A DNA stretch of 64,000 bases from Octopus sinensis (taxonomy: Eukaryota): contig NW_021832272.1 of NCBI RefSeq assembly GCF_006345805.1, forward strand, positions 1 through 64,000, in the 5' to 3' direction. Position numbers and translations under genes: made by a program. This document shows, in pieces, positions 1-13,273 of the stretch. The notes beneath the pieces are model-generated. The model was not told where the DNA came from. It saw only the letters and a list, made by a program, of their open reading frames with translations, and made no database searches. Positions within the stretch are counted from its first letter, which is position 1, and every line of letters begins with the position of its first letter.

Positions 1-506
1 AATAGTGTGTGTGGGTCGGCCATATACAACATACATACATAAACGTAATCTATAAGCATGCTATATGTCATATATGTTACATATGTAACATACGGGTATA
101 TATTATATATATAATATTATATATATATATATATATATACATGTATATGTATATATATAAATGTATTATATATATATGATAGATATATATGATATGATAT
201 ATATATACACACCACCACAACACACACATGTATATATATAACATTTATACATACAAAATATATGCATATATCCAATGAAAAGAAAACAAAAAAATTGTTA
301 ACACATCTTAATTTTATATATATTTACATACACACACACACACACACATATATATATACATACAAGCATACACACACACACATATATATAATGAACATAT
401 ATATAAATAAGTTTATATATACATACATAATACATATATATATATATATATATATATACATACAAACACATATGATATGTTTGTGTGTCTGTGTGAGTGT
501 ATGTGC

Positions 507-544
<38 letters not shown>

Positions 545-2089
545 TATATATATATATATATGAATGTGTGTATGTACGTTTAGACGTGTGTGTGTCTCCT
601 CCTTCTTGTTTTCTGTTGCAATTGTTATTTAGCTTGAGTATTGTTATCATTTTCTTTTTCTCAATCGCAGCCTTTTTGGTCTCCATCCTGGTGATGGTGT
701 TGGTGGTGGTGATGGCAGTAGATGATGAAGATGATGATGATGATGAGGATGATGATGATGATGATAATTTCTTTCATTTGCAATCAGGGCATCAGGTGAG
801 GGGGGACATTACAAGGGCAGTTTACAATTTGTGATGGGGTTTTACATTAAATATGAAGGGAAAGAAAAAGACAAGGAGCGGGAAATGAGATAGACGTCTA
901 CATCGGCTACAAAATATCTGAACACCTGAATTCTGCAGAGATCCAAGTTCTCCCCAACCTCCAAAGACACACATCATTATCCGTCTATTGTTCTTCATTC
1001 TACAAGAATATACTTAGAGTGGATTCATTCACTTTAACCATTTTGGCCACAGTCCTCCACCTTTTTCACAAATTCTCTGCAAAAAACACTCCCCTCTTTA
1101 CTTTCACTTTCCTTTCCAAATGGAACTTTAAATAAGTCAGTGAGGGCTTGACCAAAAAGGAAAGCCTCTTTCCTCAGCCCTTTCAGCTTTGTCCACTGCT
1201 TCCCCTCCACCTCTTTCGCTTTCTCTCACCTTCTCTCTCTCTCTCTCTCTCTCTCTTCTTTCTTTTTTATTCTTGCATTTCTTCTACAAAACCAGAAACA
1301 CATTAATGCTCCAAGACATCTTCTATACTTCAATTCTTCTGAAAATATCTCCACACTAATGTCTATTGCTCACCACCACCCTCTCTCTCTCTCTCTCCCC
1401 TCTACCCCTCTATCACCACCTTTCTCCCTCTTTCTTTCCCCTGTCCCCCATTGCCCCCTTACCCTTTCTTTCTTTTCCCTCTCTCTCTCTCTCTATCTAA
1501 CTATCTTCGTCTCTCGATGTCTCACTTCTTTTCTTTGACTTTCTCTCTCTCTGTCTCTCTACCTATCCATCTCTCTCTCTCTCTCTCTCTCTATACCCCC
1601 AGCTGTTTCGCTGTCTCTATCTCTTTCTCTGACGTGCCTTTCACCCCACCTACCCCCACCCGACACATACTCACCCTACCCATCCACAGACACACACATA
1701 CACACACACACACACACGCACTCACACGCTCTTCTCTCACAAGCCTCACACATCTCACCTCTTGCCCTTACGTCACTGCACATCATCTCCCTCCGCCACA
1801 CCCCCATCCCCTCCACCACACCAGGCACTCACCTGTCAATGCAAAAACATCAAGATTTCATTGATTTTTCTCAAAATTTGGTAACTTATTGATTTTACAA
1901 CAGCCTACCAACCCCCTACCCTTCCACCCCAAGCCACCCTATCCTTGCTTGCTCTTCCTCCTCCCAGCGCCACAGTGGCTGGCTGTCTCAATGTGGAGCA
2001 GTGTAACAGTACATCACAGAAACACACAAACACACATACACACACAAACACACACACAAACAGTATATTGTAAGTTCTGTTGTACCTAT

Positions 2090-2140
<51 letters not shown>

Positions 2141-2580
2141 CATATATATATAGAGAGAGAGAGATAGATCGATAGATAGATAGATAAATGTATGTATATA
2201 CATATGTGTATATATATATATAACATATATATATACATATACATACATACATATATATATATATATGCATGTATGTATGTATATGTATATATATATGTTA
2301 TATATATATACACATATGTATATATATATACATATATATAACATATATATACATATACATACATACATACATATATATATATAATATATATATATATATG
2401 TGTAAATACATATATATATATACGTATGTGTGTGTATATATATACATATCATATATGTATATATATGTGTATATATATGTGTGTATATATATATAATATA
2501 TATGTATATATATATATATTACATACATATATATATGCACATATATATGCATATATGTGTGTATATATATATAATATATG

Positions 2581-2612
<32 letters not shown>

Positions 2613-2613
<1 letters not shown>

Positions 2614-2805
2614 GCAGGTGGCACGTAAAAAGCACCCACTACACTCGCGGAGTGGTTGGGCGTTAGGAAGGGCATCCAGCTGTAGAAACACTGCCAGATC
2701 AGACTGGAGCCTGGGCAGCCCCTGGCTCCCCAGACCCCGGTCAAAACCGTCCAACCCGTGCTAGCACGGAAAACGGACGTTAAACGATGATGATGATGAT
2801 GATGA
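2613..2805 (+). mobile_element. SINE/LINE-tail repeat ending in (GAT)n; related copies at about 11915-12130 (+), 22060-22272 (+), 11000-11130 (-) and 11320-11445 (-)
   Basis: Shared ggtggcacgtaaaaagcacccactacactc...aggaagggcatccagc...aaacggacgttaaacgatgatgat. Confidence 0.7.
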
Positions 2806-3925
2806 TATATATATATATGCTCTTTTACTCTTTTACTTGTTTCAGTCATTTGACTGTGGCCATGCTGGAGCATTGCCTTTCATTTGAAGAAATCGACTCC
2901 AAGACTTATTCTTTGTAAGCTCGTTACTTATTCTATCGATTGCTTTTACCGAACCGCTAAGTTATGGTGATGTAAACACACCAACATTTTTAACTGTCTG
3001 ATGTGTTGGCTTACCATGCTGGCTCTTTAGGGTTACAGTTAGGGTTAGAGTTAGGCTCTTTACGATGCATCTCCCGGTTGCATCTAAAGTGTGACGTCAT
3101 GTGTTGCTGAATACTGAAACATATGTAACATGAGATAAAGGTGTTCCTAATCAATATCCATGTTCTTTTCTCTTATTCTTTGGAATCAACTTGAAGAGCT
3201 CAATGAGGAATGTAATTTGCAGGTCCAGGAGATTAAAAGCTGCATATGGAAAGCAAGAACTGCAAGCCAGCTTGAGCCTGAAAGAAGAATTTTGGAGAAG
3301 GCAAAGAAAATGTTTGAGAAACAGAAAATTATTAAGAGAAACATGGAAGATCACTTAAATATTCCATTCTCTGCAAAGTGATCAGACAACTACAGTAGAA
3401 GACTCTTGCCCAAGGTGCCACATAGTGGGACTGATCCTGGAACCATGTGGTTGGGAAGCAAGCATCATACCACACAGCCATACTTGCACCTATAATAATG
3501 GTGCTATTGTTATCAGTAATATAAATATCTGAATGATTATTTAATTAATTTGAAATAAAGACCCTTATTGTAATACTTCTTATTTAAATTCTTCTTATAA
3601 TAATAAGGATTTCAAATTTTGGCACAAGGCCAGCAATTTTGGGCAGTGGGTATGGATGAGTCAATTACATCGACCCCAGTGCACAACTGGTACTTCTTTC
3701 ATCAATCCATAAAGGATGAAAGGGAAAGTTGACCTCGGCAGAATTTGAACTCAGAACATAATAATAACTTTGATAGGAACTTTTTAAAAAAAAATCCCAG
3801 CTGTCATAGTCAAAATGTTAATATCACAGAAGGGTCACAGGGGATTACATAATTACAAAATGAACACGCAACTGTAACACATGTCTTCTTGACTCATGAC
3901 TATTTCCCTTGGTTTTTCTTTTCAG

Positions 3926-3995
3926 AGAAATGAAAGTACCTTTGACCACCTGGCACTAACTTTTGCAATAATTTCCATCGTGTTCACTGACTTAT
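3926..3995 (+). other. Candidate 70-nt internal exon (alternative upstream leader exon, or exon of an upstream gene)
   Basis: Acceptor tttcccttggtttttcttttcAG and donor T|GTAAGT at 3996. Confidence 0.45.
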
Positions 3996-4678
3996 GTAAG
4001 TGTAGATGCGTGTATATCTGTATGTGTGTGTGTGAATATATATTTTATATATAAATATCTGTGTGTCTGTGTACATACATGTGTATTTGCATGTATATAC
4101 ATAAGCACATATGCATGTGTGTGTGTATGAATGTATATACATATTACATTATCTTTAACACTCCCTGTGACTTAGCAGTTTGTCAAAATAGACCAATAGA
4201 ATAAGAACCAGATTTAGAATATAATAATTGGGATGGAAGTCTTTGACTTGTTGCAGGAATATTTAGCAAGTGGGGGACCTCTTAGAGATCAAACCCAAAC
4301 CATTATACTGAATGCAAAAGAAAATAATCAACTAAGAAACACAATTGTGATTTGCTCAAATATTACTGACATTATCAAAGGATTCGGCCAATCAAAACTT
4401 CTGGTGAAATAGGATGAAATCTTTTGTGTGGCTGACCAAGAGCATCAGCTATATATTTGGTACATTTTAGCCACTGGTCAATGGGAGCTAAAGCAGACAG
4501 CAGATAGCTGCAGAGAACTGTCCGTTATACAAAGATAATGGTCAATGGTGATGATGATGATGATGATGATGATGACAGTAGCAGTAGCAGCAGCAGCAGC
4601 AGCAGTGCATCCTTATCTGCCAACTCCAAGAAACACCTGATGACAATGATATTCTACCTGATCCAATAACATCCTGTA

Positions 4679-4691
4679 TGACCTTTGACCT
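4679..4691 (-). promoter_or_regulatory. Perfect DR1 nuclear-receptor element AGGTCA-A-AGGTCA
   Basis: The + strand reads TGACCTTTGACCT, in unique sequence. Function is untested. Confidence 0.3.
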
Positions 4692-5638
4692 TTCTTATGC
4701 AAACATCTTTTCTCTGTCTTTCCTTGTAACAGCAACGTTCATTTGTTAGAAATAAGAATAAATAATTTTGCTTCAAAGACTTCTGAAGAATTTGTGTTCT
4801 TTCAATACGGAATCATAACATCATTCATGCTCACACAGAAATCTCTTATTGCCTCAGACTGAGCCCTTCAAAGCAGTGCTCCAGCATGGCTGCTGTTCAA
4901 TGACTGGAACAAGTAAAAGATAGAAGAGAAAATGTTTAATAGCTGACAATGAAAAAGACAAAGTGATAATAATGAGGTGTCCAAGGTGGTCATGAAAAGA
5001 AGCAGAGAAAGTGGAAAAGGGAAAAGGGAAAGAAGGGAAAAAGAAAAGGAAGAAAAAAGAAATATACATGCCTAATAGAAAATGAAAGAAGAGGATCTAT
5101 TACTGTGCCGTAGTGGATCAATAATCTTTTTGAATAAGATAGTGTTTAATAGAGGGGAGTGAGAAAACAAGCAAGATAGAGTAAGGTTGACTGAATGTAG
5201 AGTGATAAAATGCAGGGAATAGCTGGAGATGAATGCATTTGGAATGATATCGAATTGAATAGCAAAAGAAGCAGGCTGTAGAAAGAAGACAGTAAGCACC
5301 AGAAAGGATGGAGAGATGTGTAAGAGAGAATATTAAATAGTTGGGTTTATGATAAAGTGACTGGCCATATATGTGTGTGTGGAGAGAGAGGGGGAAGAGA
5401 GTGGATGTGTTGGATGATGAAGAAAGAGTGATATGAAGATACATACATTGACAATAAAGAGAAGGAAGCATTTAACTGCTCGATTCTCCTCTGCCAACGA
5501 TCTTAATATGTGTGTTTGTTAAGCACCATGTATTCATATGAGAGGTCTGGAAATCCTTCGTCACACATCTGTGACCTCTTCGGCGACACATTCCGTCCTC
5601 GCGTGTGCTCCTGCTGTGCTTAGTCCATTATATATATA

Positions 5639-5870
5639 AGGCGGCAAGCTGGCAGAAACGTTAGCACGCCGGGCGAAATGTGTAGCAGTATTTCGTCTGC
5701 CGTTACGTTCTGAGTTCAAATTCCGCCGAGGTCGACTTTGCCTTTCATCCTTTAGGGGTCGAGAAATGAAGTACCAGTTACTCACTGGGGTCGATGTAAT
5801 CGACTTAATCCGTTTGTCTGTCCTTGTTTGTCCCCTCTGTGTTTAGCCCCTTGTGGGTAGTAATGAAATA
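5639..5870 (+). mobile_element. SINE family B (tRNA-like head plus Meta/MESC-like core); other copies at about 3605-3760(-), 12135-12270(+), 12708-12925(+), 16288-16508(-), 19928-20155(+), 20162-20330(+), 27601-27820(+), 31905-32139(-), 50860-51025(-) and 63180-63320(-)
   Basis: Dispersed near-identical copies of ggcgagctggcagaa..gagttcaaattcc (A/B boxes) followed by gcctttcatcctttcggggtcgataaattaagtacc. Confidence 0.85.
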
Positions 5871-7020
5871 TATATATATAAGAGAGTAAGCTGTGAACTA
5901 ATGAATGATGTTTGGCTGCTGTTTCTAACAAATCGAGCAACCACGTATCTGCATCTTCATTTTATTGTTGTTGTTATCGATCTTGATACTGACGGATGCT
6001 GACGATGATCGGAACAATTGAAAAGAAAGTAAAAAAAAATGGGATTTGAAGTAAGGGAAATAACTCTTTCTAGAAATGCATCGTGCTTATCGTTCGTGAC
6101 ATTATTTTGTAGATTCTCTTGTTTGTGAATATTTGCATAAATCAATATATTTCATTTGAGTCACAGACGAAAGACAAGATCGAATGTCCACGTATTATAA
6201 CCGGTGGTTAGTGCATTTTACCAGCTTCAGAAATTACGAAAAGCACCCCCTGGACCTGACCGGCATGTTCACGCTGTTATATAGACGACGTGGTGGTCAC
6301 AAATGGAAGCACTAACCGAATATATCGTTCGATTAGCTTGTGTGTGTTTTATCTACCAATAACATCACCATTGCATCTACGTGTTGGTCGTTTGGCGAGC
6401 TGGAAATAATCGTCAAATTTCCTTCGAATCACACTTCAAAAAAAAAAAAAAAAACGCCGAATTAATAAATTATCCGGATAATGTGATCTTAATTGCACCA
6501 TATATTTTGTATAAAAAGCGACGAGATGGTCAAGGCTTGAATAATTTTGATCACAGACACCTGCTCAATCCGCGCTGACCTTGGGCTAAGTTATAACAGT
6601 AACAACAGCTGCAGCAACAATCATAGCAACAACAGAAATGAAGATGCGTCTATACGGTTGCTCGATTTGCTGGAAATAGCAGTCAAAATTTATTCTTCAG
6701 TTCACAGGTCACTGTCTTCTTAAAAAAACAAAAAGACAAAGTATACTGCATTAATATAATGTAGTCCTAGATACACTTATGCTTGGCAAAAACAACCCCC
6801 CTCCAAAAGAAAAAAACAAGCAAAAAAAAAAACGAGAGGGTCACGGCTGCAACGCTTTTGATAGATCAGCTGGATCAGGGATGATCTAGGGATAAGCTGC
6901 TGCTGCTACTACTACCACCACCGCCACCAGCACTACCAGCTGTATGACTACGACTATATCGACACAAACATCCCATCATACCATCACCTACTTCCACTAA
7001 CCCACCCCCGCATCCCACAA

Positions 7021-7131
7021 CGATTTGGCAATACTTCGGTTACAGATCGATATTTTACCCAATTTCGGCTGGCGGTGAATAATATTGTGTTCGACAGCAG
7101 CCATCCACTGGCATTAAACGGTGTTCCGAAG
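7021..7131 (+). promoter_or_regulatory. Putative first exon / promoter region of the TOR1AIP-like gene (start approximate)
   Basis: CpG-retaining unique sequence ending in the donor AAG|GTAGGT at 7132, upstream of the 10879 exon. Confidence 0.45.
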
Positions 7132-8027
7132 GTAGGTTCCACGTATGTATATATATATATATAATGTTCAATATACATTTGCAATATTTACTCTGTAATA
7201 AATAAGCTACGTACATTCACTTGAACGAAGCTTGTATTTGCAAAGTGCACCGTGCATAGAAATTATTATTAGGTTTATGTTTTATCAATTGATTGATTAC
7301 TAAGGGGTAATGTACTGTTCGTTTGGTTGGTATTCGTTACAACAGCCATTCGTTACCCAAATATTCGCTATTGAGGTTAAACGTAGCCTGGATCGCAAAG
7401 ATCCCTACTAAAGGTTGCCCTGAGCGTGCAACAATTTTATACTGTTCATGTTCTCATGCCCGGCTTTTATTTCTAATCACATTAAACCCACGCATTCGCT
7501 GATCATTTATATATAAGGCATGTGTCTGTTTGGTGGTGAAAGCTCACAATTCATGCGGTCGTTATTCAGTCTCGATATGCGAATGACGATATTTAAAGGC
7601 GACAGTTAAGAAGACGATGGAAGTGGATAATGAAGACAAGAAACAAGTGTATGGTGTTGCGTTTTTATCCTGTGTGATGGAAGGATCGCATACAGCTGGT
7701 AACTCCTGAGTGGCAACAAAAGGAATTATGAGTTTCGAACGAACATATTGTTAACTGCATTTGAGGGGTGATTTGTTATTTACGATTAATTTGCATAGAG
7801 GCACATAGACACACGCACGCTCGTTTGCACACTCATATACATACACACAAGCTGACGTAAATACTATATTTATATCTATGAAAATAACCCCTGTGTATGT
7901 GGGTGTGTATAATCAGCCGAAATTGCGAGGATGATCCGGTTCTTGACTGAAGATTAGAGGCTTCGAATGACCCGTCCGTGCTTTTTGTATCGTCTATTTG
8001 GATGTTTTGCGTTCTTGTCCCATTTTG

Positions 8028-8058
<31 letters not shown>

Positions 8059-8867
8059 CCCCAGCATGGCCACAGTCTATGACTGAAACTGGTAAGATAA
8101 TAATGGAATTATATAAACATGATGACAGCTGGTAAGCCGTCACATCGAAGTCACTGTGAAGCTTGTCCTTGTAAAAATTAACCTTATGCAATTCACTAAA
8201 AAGTATTGTGTAACCCTTCAGTTTGAGTTAAACTGTTTATGTATATAACTTGACATAAAAACCAACATTAATATAAATATATATATATAAATACATCTGT
8301 TTGTTGTTTACACACCCGTCTTTTGTTTTTTTGTAAATTCTCACTATATATATATATATATGGGTTAACATATGCAGCTCTAAAAAGTGAAAGTAGATTG
8401 TGATAGGATCGGTAAAGTTGTCAAGTGCGTCGGTGTCCATCGACTTTTGCTACAAAACGAAGGATGGACATAAGATACCACATGCTGGTCTTCCGATCCT
8501 CAGTTTTATTTCAAAAATAGTTCAAGAAAATTAAGATTTGAATTGAATAATTATATACATAACACGTATGTATATGATACATATATAATACAAAACCACA
8601 ACAAATCCTAAACCGAAGAAATATATTATAAAATGCTAATTAAGTCAGTTTAATTAGTGTTAATCACAGTTCTTTCGTTGGTTCATAAAGTATTATTTAT
8701 TTACATTAAACGGGTGGAATACCCGAATACAAAAATAATTCTAAGGTGTGCTGCACCTTAGAATATAGATTAACGTTTTAGCATTCGGATTATTGTCAAA
8801 TGTGTTATTTATCCAGAGAGGTTTGAATTAATCTCGCATTATCTCGTAGCTTGGCGGTTTCAATAAT

Positions 8868-9180
8868 ATCTTTTACTCTTTTACTTGTTTCAGTCATTTG
8901 ACTGCGGCCATGCTGGAGCACCGCCTTTGATCGAGCAACTCGACCCCGGGACCTATTCTTTTGTAAGCCCAGTACTTATTCTATCGGTCTTTTTTGCTGA
9001 ACCGCTAAGTAATGGGGACATAAACACACCAGCATCGGTTGTCAAGCAATGCTAGGGGGACAAACACAGACACACACACGCATATATATATATATATATA
9101 TATATACATACATACATATATACGACGGGCTTCTTTCAGTTTCCGTCTACCAAATCCACTCAGAAGGCTTTGGTCGGCCC
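8868..9180 (-). mobile_element. SINE family A, 5'-truncated copy
   Basis: Reverse complement of the family A body and tail. Confidence 0.85.
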
Positions 9181-9622
9181 AATGTGATTGTTTATTTTTA
9201 AACTAGCATTGTAAGGTAAGTGCGAGAGATCAGATCCAGTCAGTTTGAACATAAAGCAGGTGAAATGTTTGGACCGGATATAATTGATTGAAATGCTAAA
9301 AAGTTTAACGGTAAATTAACCCAATTTGACTGGTTTTAATTAGTCACATTTGTAAACAATGGTTTATTCGTAAATTGGGTGGACGTAGCCGGTCGTTTTG
9401 GACCGGAATCCGGAATTCGTTCTACGCGTACATCTTCGACAACTTTACCTACACACACGTGTAACCCCCCCCCCCCCGCACACACACTACACATACAGAT
9501 AGATACACCATACACGCACACCCACATACATACGCGCGCACACATACAAACTATATCATTTATGTTGTGTTAATGCAGGAGTCTCTACCTATGTATTAAA
9601 TCTGCTAGAAATAACAGCTAAA

Positions 9623-10045
9623 GGATCTTTTCGGTTTGACAGGCAGATTTTTAAAATAATTTCCACGTAACTAAACACTTTTAAACTTCGTATACTGGTA
9701 GAATGTGTTTATAAAACATCTTTTTCTCTTGGCTTTATTGAGAAAATTCTATAGTTTGTAAGATATTTGTTGTTTTTTTTTCTTCAGTTTCTGCAATTTC
9801 AACCAATCAATGACGTCTATTGAGGTGAAAACATTCTGTGCCGTATGAATATGTCCCTCGTTTAAGAAGCAGATTGGGTTTATTTACATTTCTGAAGAAG
9901 AAAGATACCCTTCTCCCCACCCCTAACCCTAACCCTAACCCTAAAACAGATTGAAATGCAATAGATCGATACTAGGGTCATAATTATGGGTGACAATTTC
10001 ATATGACACTGCTAGAAAAAACTGCCGGTCAAACTGAAAAGATCC
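9623..10045. mobile_element. Non-autonomous DNA transposon (MITE) with GG-starting TIRs and an 8-bp TSD; Merlin-like
   Basis: TIRs ggatcttttcggtttgacaggcag / ctgccggtcaaactgaaaagatcc; TSD cagctaaa at 9615-9622 and 10046-10053. Confidence 0.85.
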
Positions 10046-10429
10046 CAGCTAAATTTACCTTTCATCCCCTGGGCTGATAAAATAATATACCAGTCATACA
10101 CTGGGACTGTCTTTGTAGCATTATAGGCAACCAGACAAGTCAGTGCACCGGGCTCCTATAGCATTTAATTATTTACAGCAAGCCACAGCATACAGAAATC
10201 AGAATTTCCCTCCTCTCCCACCAGACCCTGTGAAGCCCCCAGGCAACTAACTGCCCTATGTGCCCATGCCTTAAGACGGCACTGTACTGGGGTCGATATA
10301 ATCAGGGCTGGTGCTAGAAGTGCAAAGCCCAATTAGAGAATTGTCAGTGTAGCATGAAACTATTAACAGCTATTTTGTAAATTGTGTATAATGAATTATG
10401 ATCTTTCAATCACATTTGTTTTTTTCTTC

Positions 10430-10828
10430 TTTTTTTTACTTGTTTCAGTCATTTAGACTGCGGCCATGCTGGAGCACCGGCTTTAATCGAGCAACTCGAC
10501 CCCGGGACTTATTCTTTGTAAGCCCAGTACTTATTCTATCGGTCTCTTTTGCCGAACCGCTATGTGACGGGGACATAAACACACCAGCATCGGTTGTCAA
10601 GCAATGTTAGGGAGACAAACACAGACACACAAACACACACGCGCATACATATATATACATATATACAACGGGCTTCTTTCAGTTTCCGTCTACCAAATCC
10701 ACGCACAGGACTTTGGTCAGCCCGAGGCTATAGTAGAAGACACTTTCCCAAGGTGCCACGCAGTGGGACTGAACACTGAACCATGTGGTTGGTAAACAAG
10801 CTACTTACTACACAGCCACTCCTGCGCC
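10430..10828 (-). mobile_element. SINE family A, full length (tRNA head, CORE-like ccttgggcaagt, internal microsatellite, gtaaaaga tail); octopus OR-type
   Basis: Near-identical to the copies at 15020, 38119, 39099, 44781 and 47075. Confidence 0.9.
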
Positions 10829-10878
10829 TTTGTTTAAATTGTTGAGAAGAATTATCTTTCTGTTTTGTTGTTTTACAG

Positions 10879-10961
10879 ATGGATGTCAGCATCTCGCCAT
10901 CAACAGAAAATCTTCTCCCTGAATGTGAAACAGGAAGAAGCATTGTTTGATGGATGCAGAG
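10879..10961 (+). other. Probable internal 5' leader exon (83 nt) of the TOR1AIP-like gene; contains upstream AUGs
   Basis: Acceptor ttctgttttgttgttttacAG and donor AG|GTAAGT at 10962; unique sequence between SINEs. Confidence 0.7.
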
Positions 10962-13151
10962 GTAAGTAGGATCTTGTTGATGTGAAGGTCTGTACGATAC
11001 ATCATCATCCGTCATCGTTGATTTACCATTCACTTTTCCATGTTTGCATGGGTCTGACAGAATCTGTCGAGGCAGACTTTCTGCAGCCAAACATCCTTTC
11101 TGTCACCAAATCTTACCCGTATCCAAGCAAGATAATATTTCTTCATAACCAGATATGTTTGCACAGAATATTGGCAATGAACGGCATTCCTTTTACATCA
11201 ATCACTCAGTGTCAAGACAAAGAAACATAAATGCATGCACACCCATACGCACATGTATACATATAGCATCATCATCATCATCATAATCATCATCACCATC
11301 GTCGTCGTCGTCGTCATCATCATCATCATCATCATCATTTTAATGTCCTCTTTTCTGTGCTTGCCTGGGTTGGGCAGAATTTATTGAGGTAGATTTTCCA
11401 TGGCCAGATGCCCTTCCTGTCACCAACCTTCACTTGTTTCCAAGTAAGGTAATATCTCCCTGTGGCTAGACATTTTTTCACAGAATATTGGAAATGAATG
11501 ACGCTTTTATAACAGTGACGATCATTTACGACTATCACACGATGCCTAGAGACACACACACACACATACACACATGACAGGCTTCTTTCAGTTTCCATCT
11601 ATCAAATCCAATCACAAGGTTTTGATCCACCTGAAGCTATAGTAGAAGACATTTGCCCTCAAGGTACCACACAGTAGGACTGAACCTAAAACCATGTGGT
11701 TGCAAAGCCACCTTCTTACCCACACCACCAACACCTGTGCCCAAATGAAAATCCTCGTGCCACTGACTCAAATGACCGAAAATCTGAATCAAAGACTAAA
11801 CTTATTAATATAAACTTTTGAAACAGTCTTACATTAAAATCCTGGTGTGTATAACATGTACATATAATATGTATAACATGTATAAGGTGTATATATATAT
11901 AACATGTATAAGCTGTCTCAGTGGCATGGAAAAAGCTCCATTCTAGTGTGGCTGATGCCAGTATCGCCTGACTGGTACACATGCCGGTGGCACATAAAAA
12001 ACACCCACTACACTCAGAGTGGTTTGCATTAGGAAGGGCATCCAGCTGTAGAAACCTTGCCAGATCAGACTGGAGCATGGTGCAGCCTCCTAGCTTGCCA
12101 GTGCTCAGTCAAATCATCCAACCCATGCCAGCACAGGTTCAAATACTGCTGAGGTCTACTTTACCTTTCATTCTCTCGGGGTCAATACAATAAGTAGCAG
12201 TTGAGCTCTGAGGTCAATGCCATTGACTAACTCCCACCAAAATTTCAGGCTTTGCACCAGAATTAGAAAGAATTATTATTCTTGAGTGAGAGAGCAGCAC
12301 ATGCCATGAAAGTGACACTGGGGCAAAATATACAAAGCCCAGCATACCCATCTTGACTACCCATCTGATAAGGGTACACCTGGCACATACATCACAGCTA
12401 TATGCGTGTGACATGTTGATCTTATCTCAAGTCAAACAGCACATGACTTTGCAGGTGGGGCCCAGTTAGAATTTTCTTCAGGTTGAGTAGCCCATCATGC
12501 ACAAAAGGTCCCTGAATAAGGTTTGTTTAAGAATGTTGAACGAAACACCCATGTTTCCAAAAGTGAATTATCCAAACCCCAAACAATTCCTCTCGACACA
12601 TGGTTATGATGCTCCCCCACTACTCCTGCTTGTGATCAGAGATGCACATATCGTCAACCACTATTATTATTGTTGTTAATATTATTATTATTATTATTAT
12701 TATTAAAAGGCAGCGAGCTGGCAGAAATGTTAGCACGCTGGGCGAAATGCTTAGCAGTATTTTGGCTGCTGTTACGTTCTGAGTTCAAATTCTGCTGAGG
12801 TTGACTTTGCCTTTCATCCTTTCGGGGTCGATTAAATAAGTACCAGTTACGCACTGGGGTCGATATAATCGACTTAATCCGTTTGTCTCCTCTGTGTTTA
12901 GCACCTTGTGGGTAGTAAAGAAATAATTATTGTTGTTATATTATTATTATTATTATTATTATTATTTATGCCTTCAATAGAAAGGATTATTATTATTATT
13001 ATTATTATTATATTATTATTATTATTTATGCCTTCAATAGAAAGGATTATTATTATTATTATTATTATTATTATCATTATTTGTCATGAAAATGCTTTAC
13101 TTTTTTCATTTATGATTTTATTTTAAATGTCTACTTTTTTTCCTGTTGCAG

Positions 13152-13273
13152 GTACAGTCTGTCTGTGAGATCTCGTCGTTGGTTATTCTGATTTCTGAGT
13201 TCTAGTTTTCATTGCTCCACAGCGATGTGCTGACGCTGGAGACGATTGCGATTCCATTTTTGTGAAGACAACA
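13152..13273 (+). other. 5' UTR part of the coding exon of the TOR1AIP-like gene
   Basis: Strong acceptor ctactttttttcctgttgcAG|G, AG at 13150-13151. Confidence 0.65.

Noticed and set aside
890-1140. Possible GIY-YIG remnant (VYIG..ISEHL)
   Set aside because: The match is too short and degenerate to call.
262-2873. Many YI/HT/VC-rich ORFs here and throughout the window
   Set aside because: They are translations of (TA)n, (CA)n, (TATG)n and (TATC)n microsatellites with no codon or splice evidence.
3160-3381. 73-aa charged ORF
   Set aside because: No splice signals or recognisable domain; it lies between SINE fragments and is probably old element debris.
8430-8520. Minus-strand CUGAGGA as a hammerhead
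   Set aside because: No matching GAAA, stem II or stem III could be formed.
13166-13198. In-frame TGA codons upstream of the TOR1AIP ORF as selenocysteine or read-through
   Set aside because: No recognisable SECIS (AUGA/AA/GA kink-turn) in the downstream hairpins, and the family is not known to be selenoproteins.
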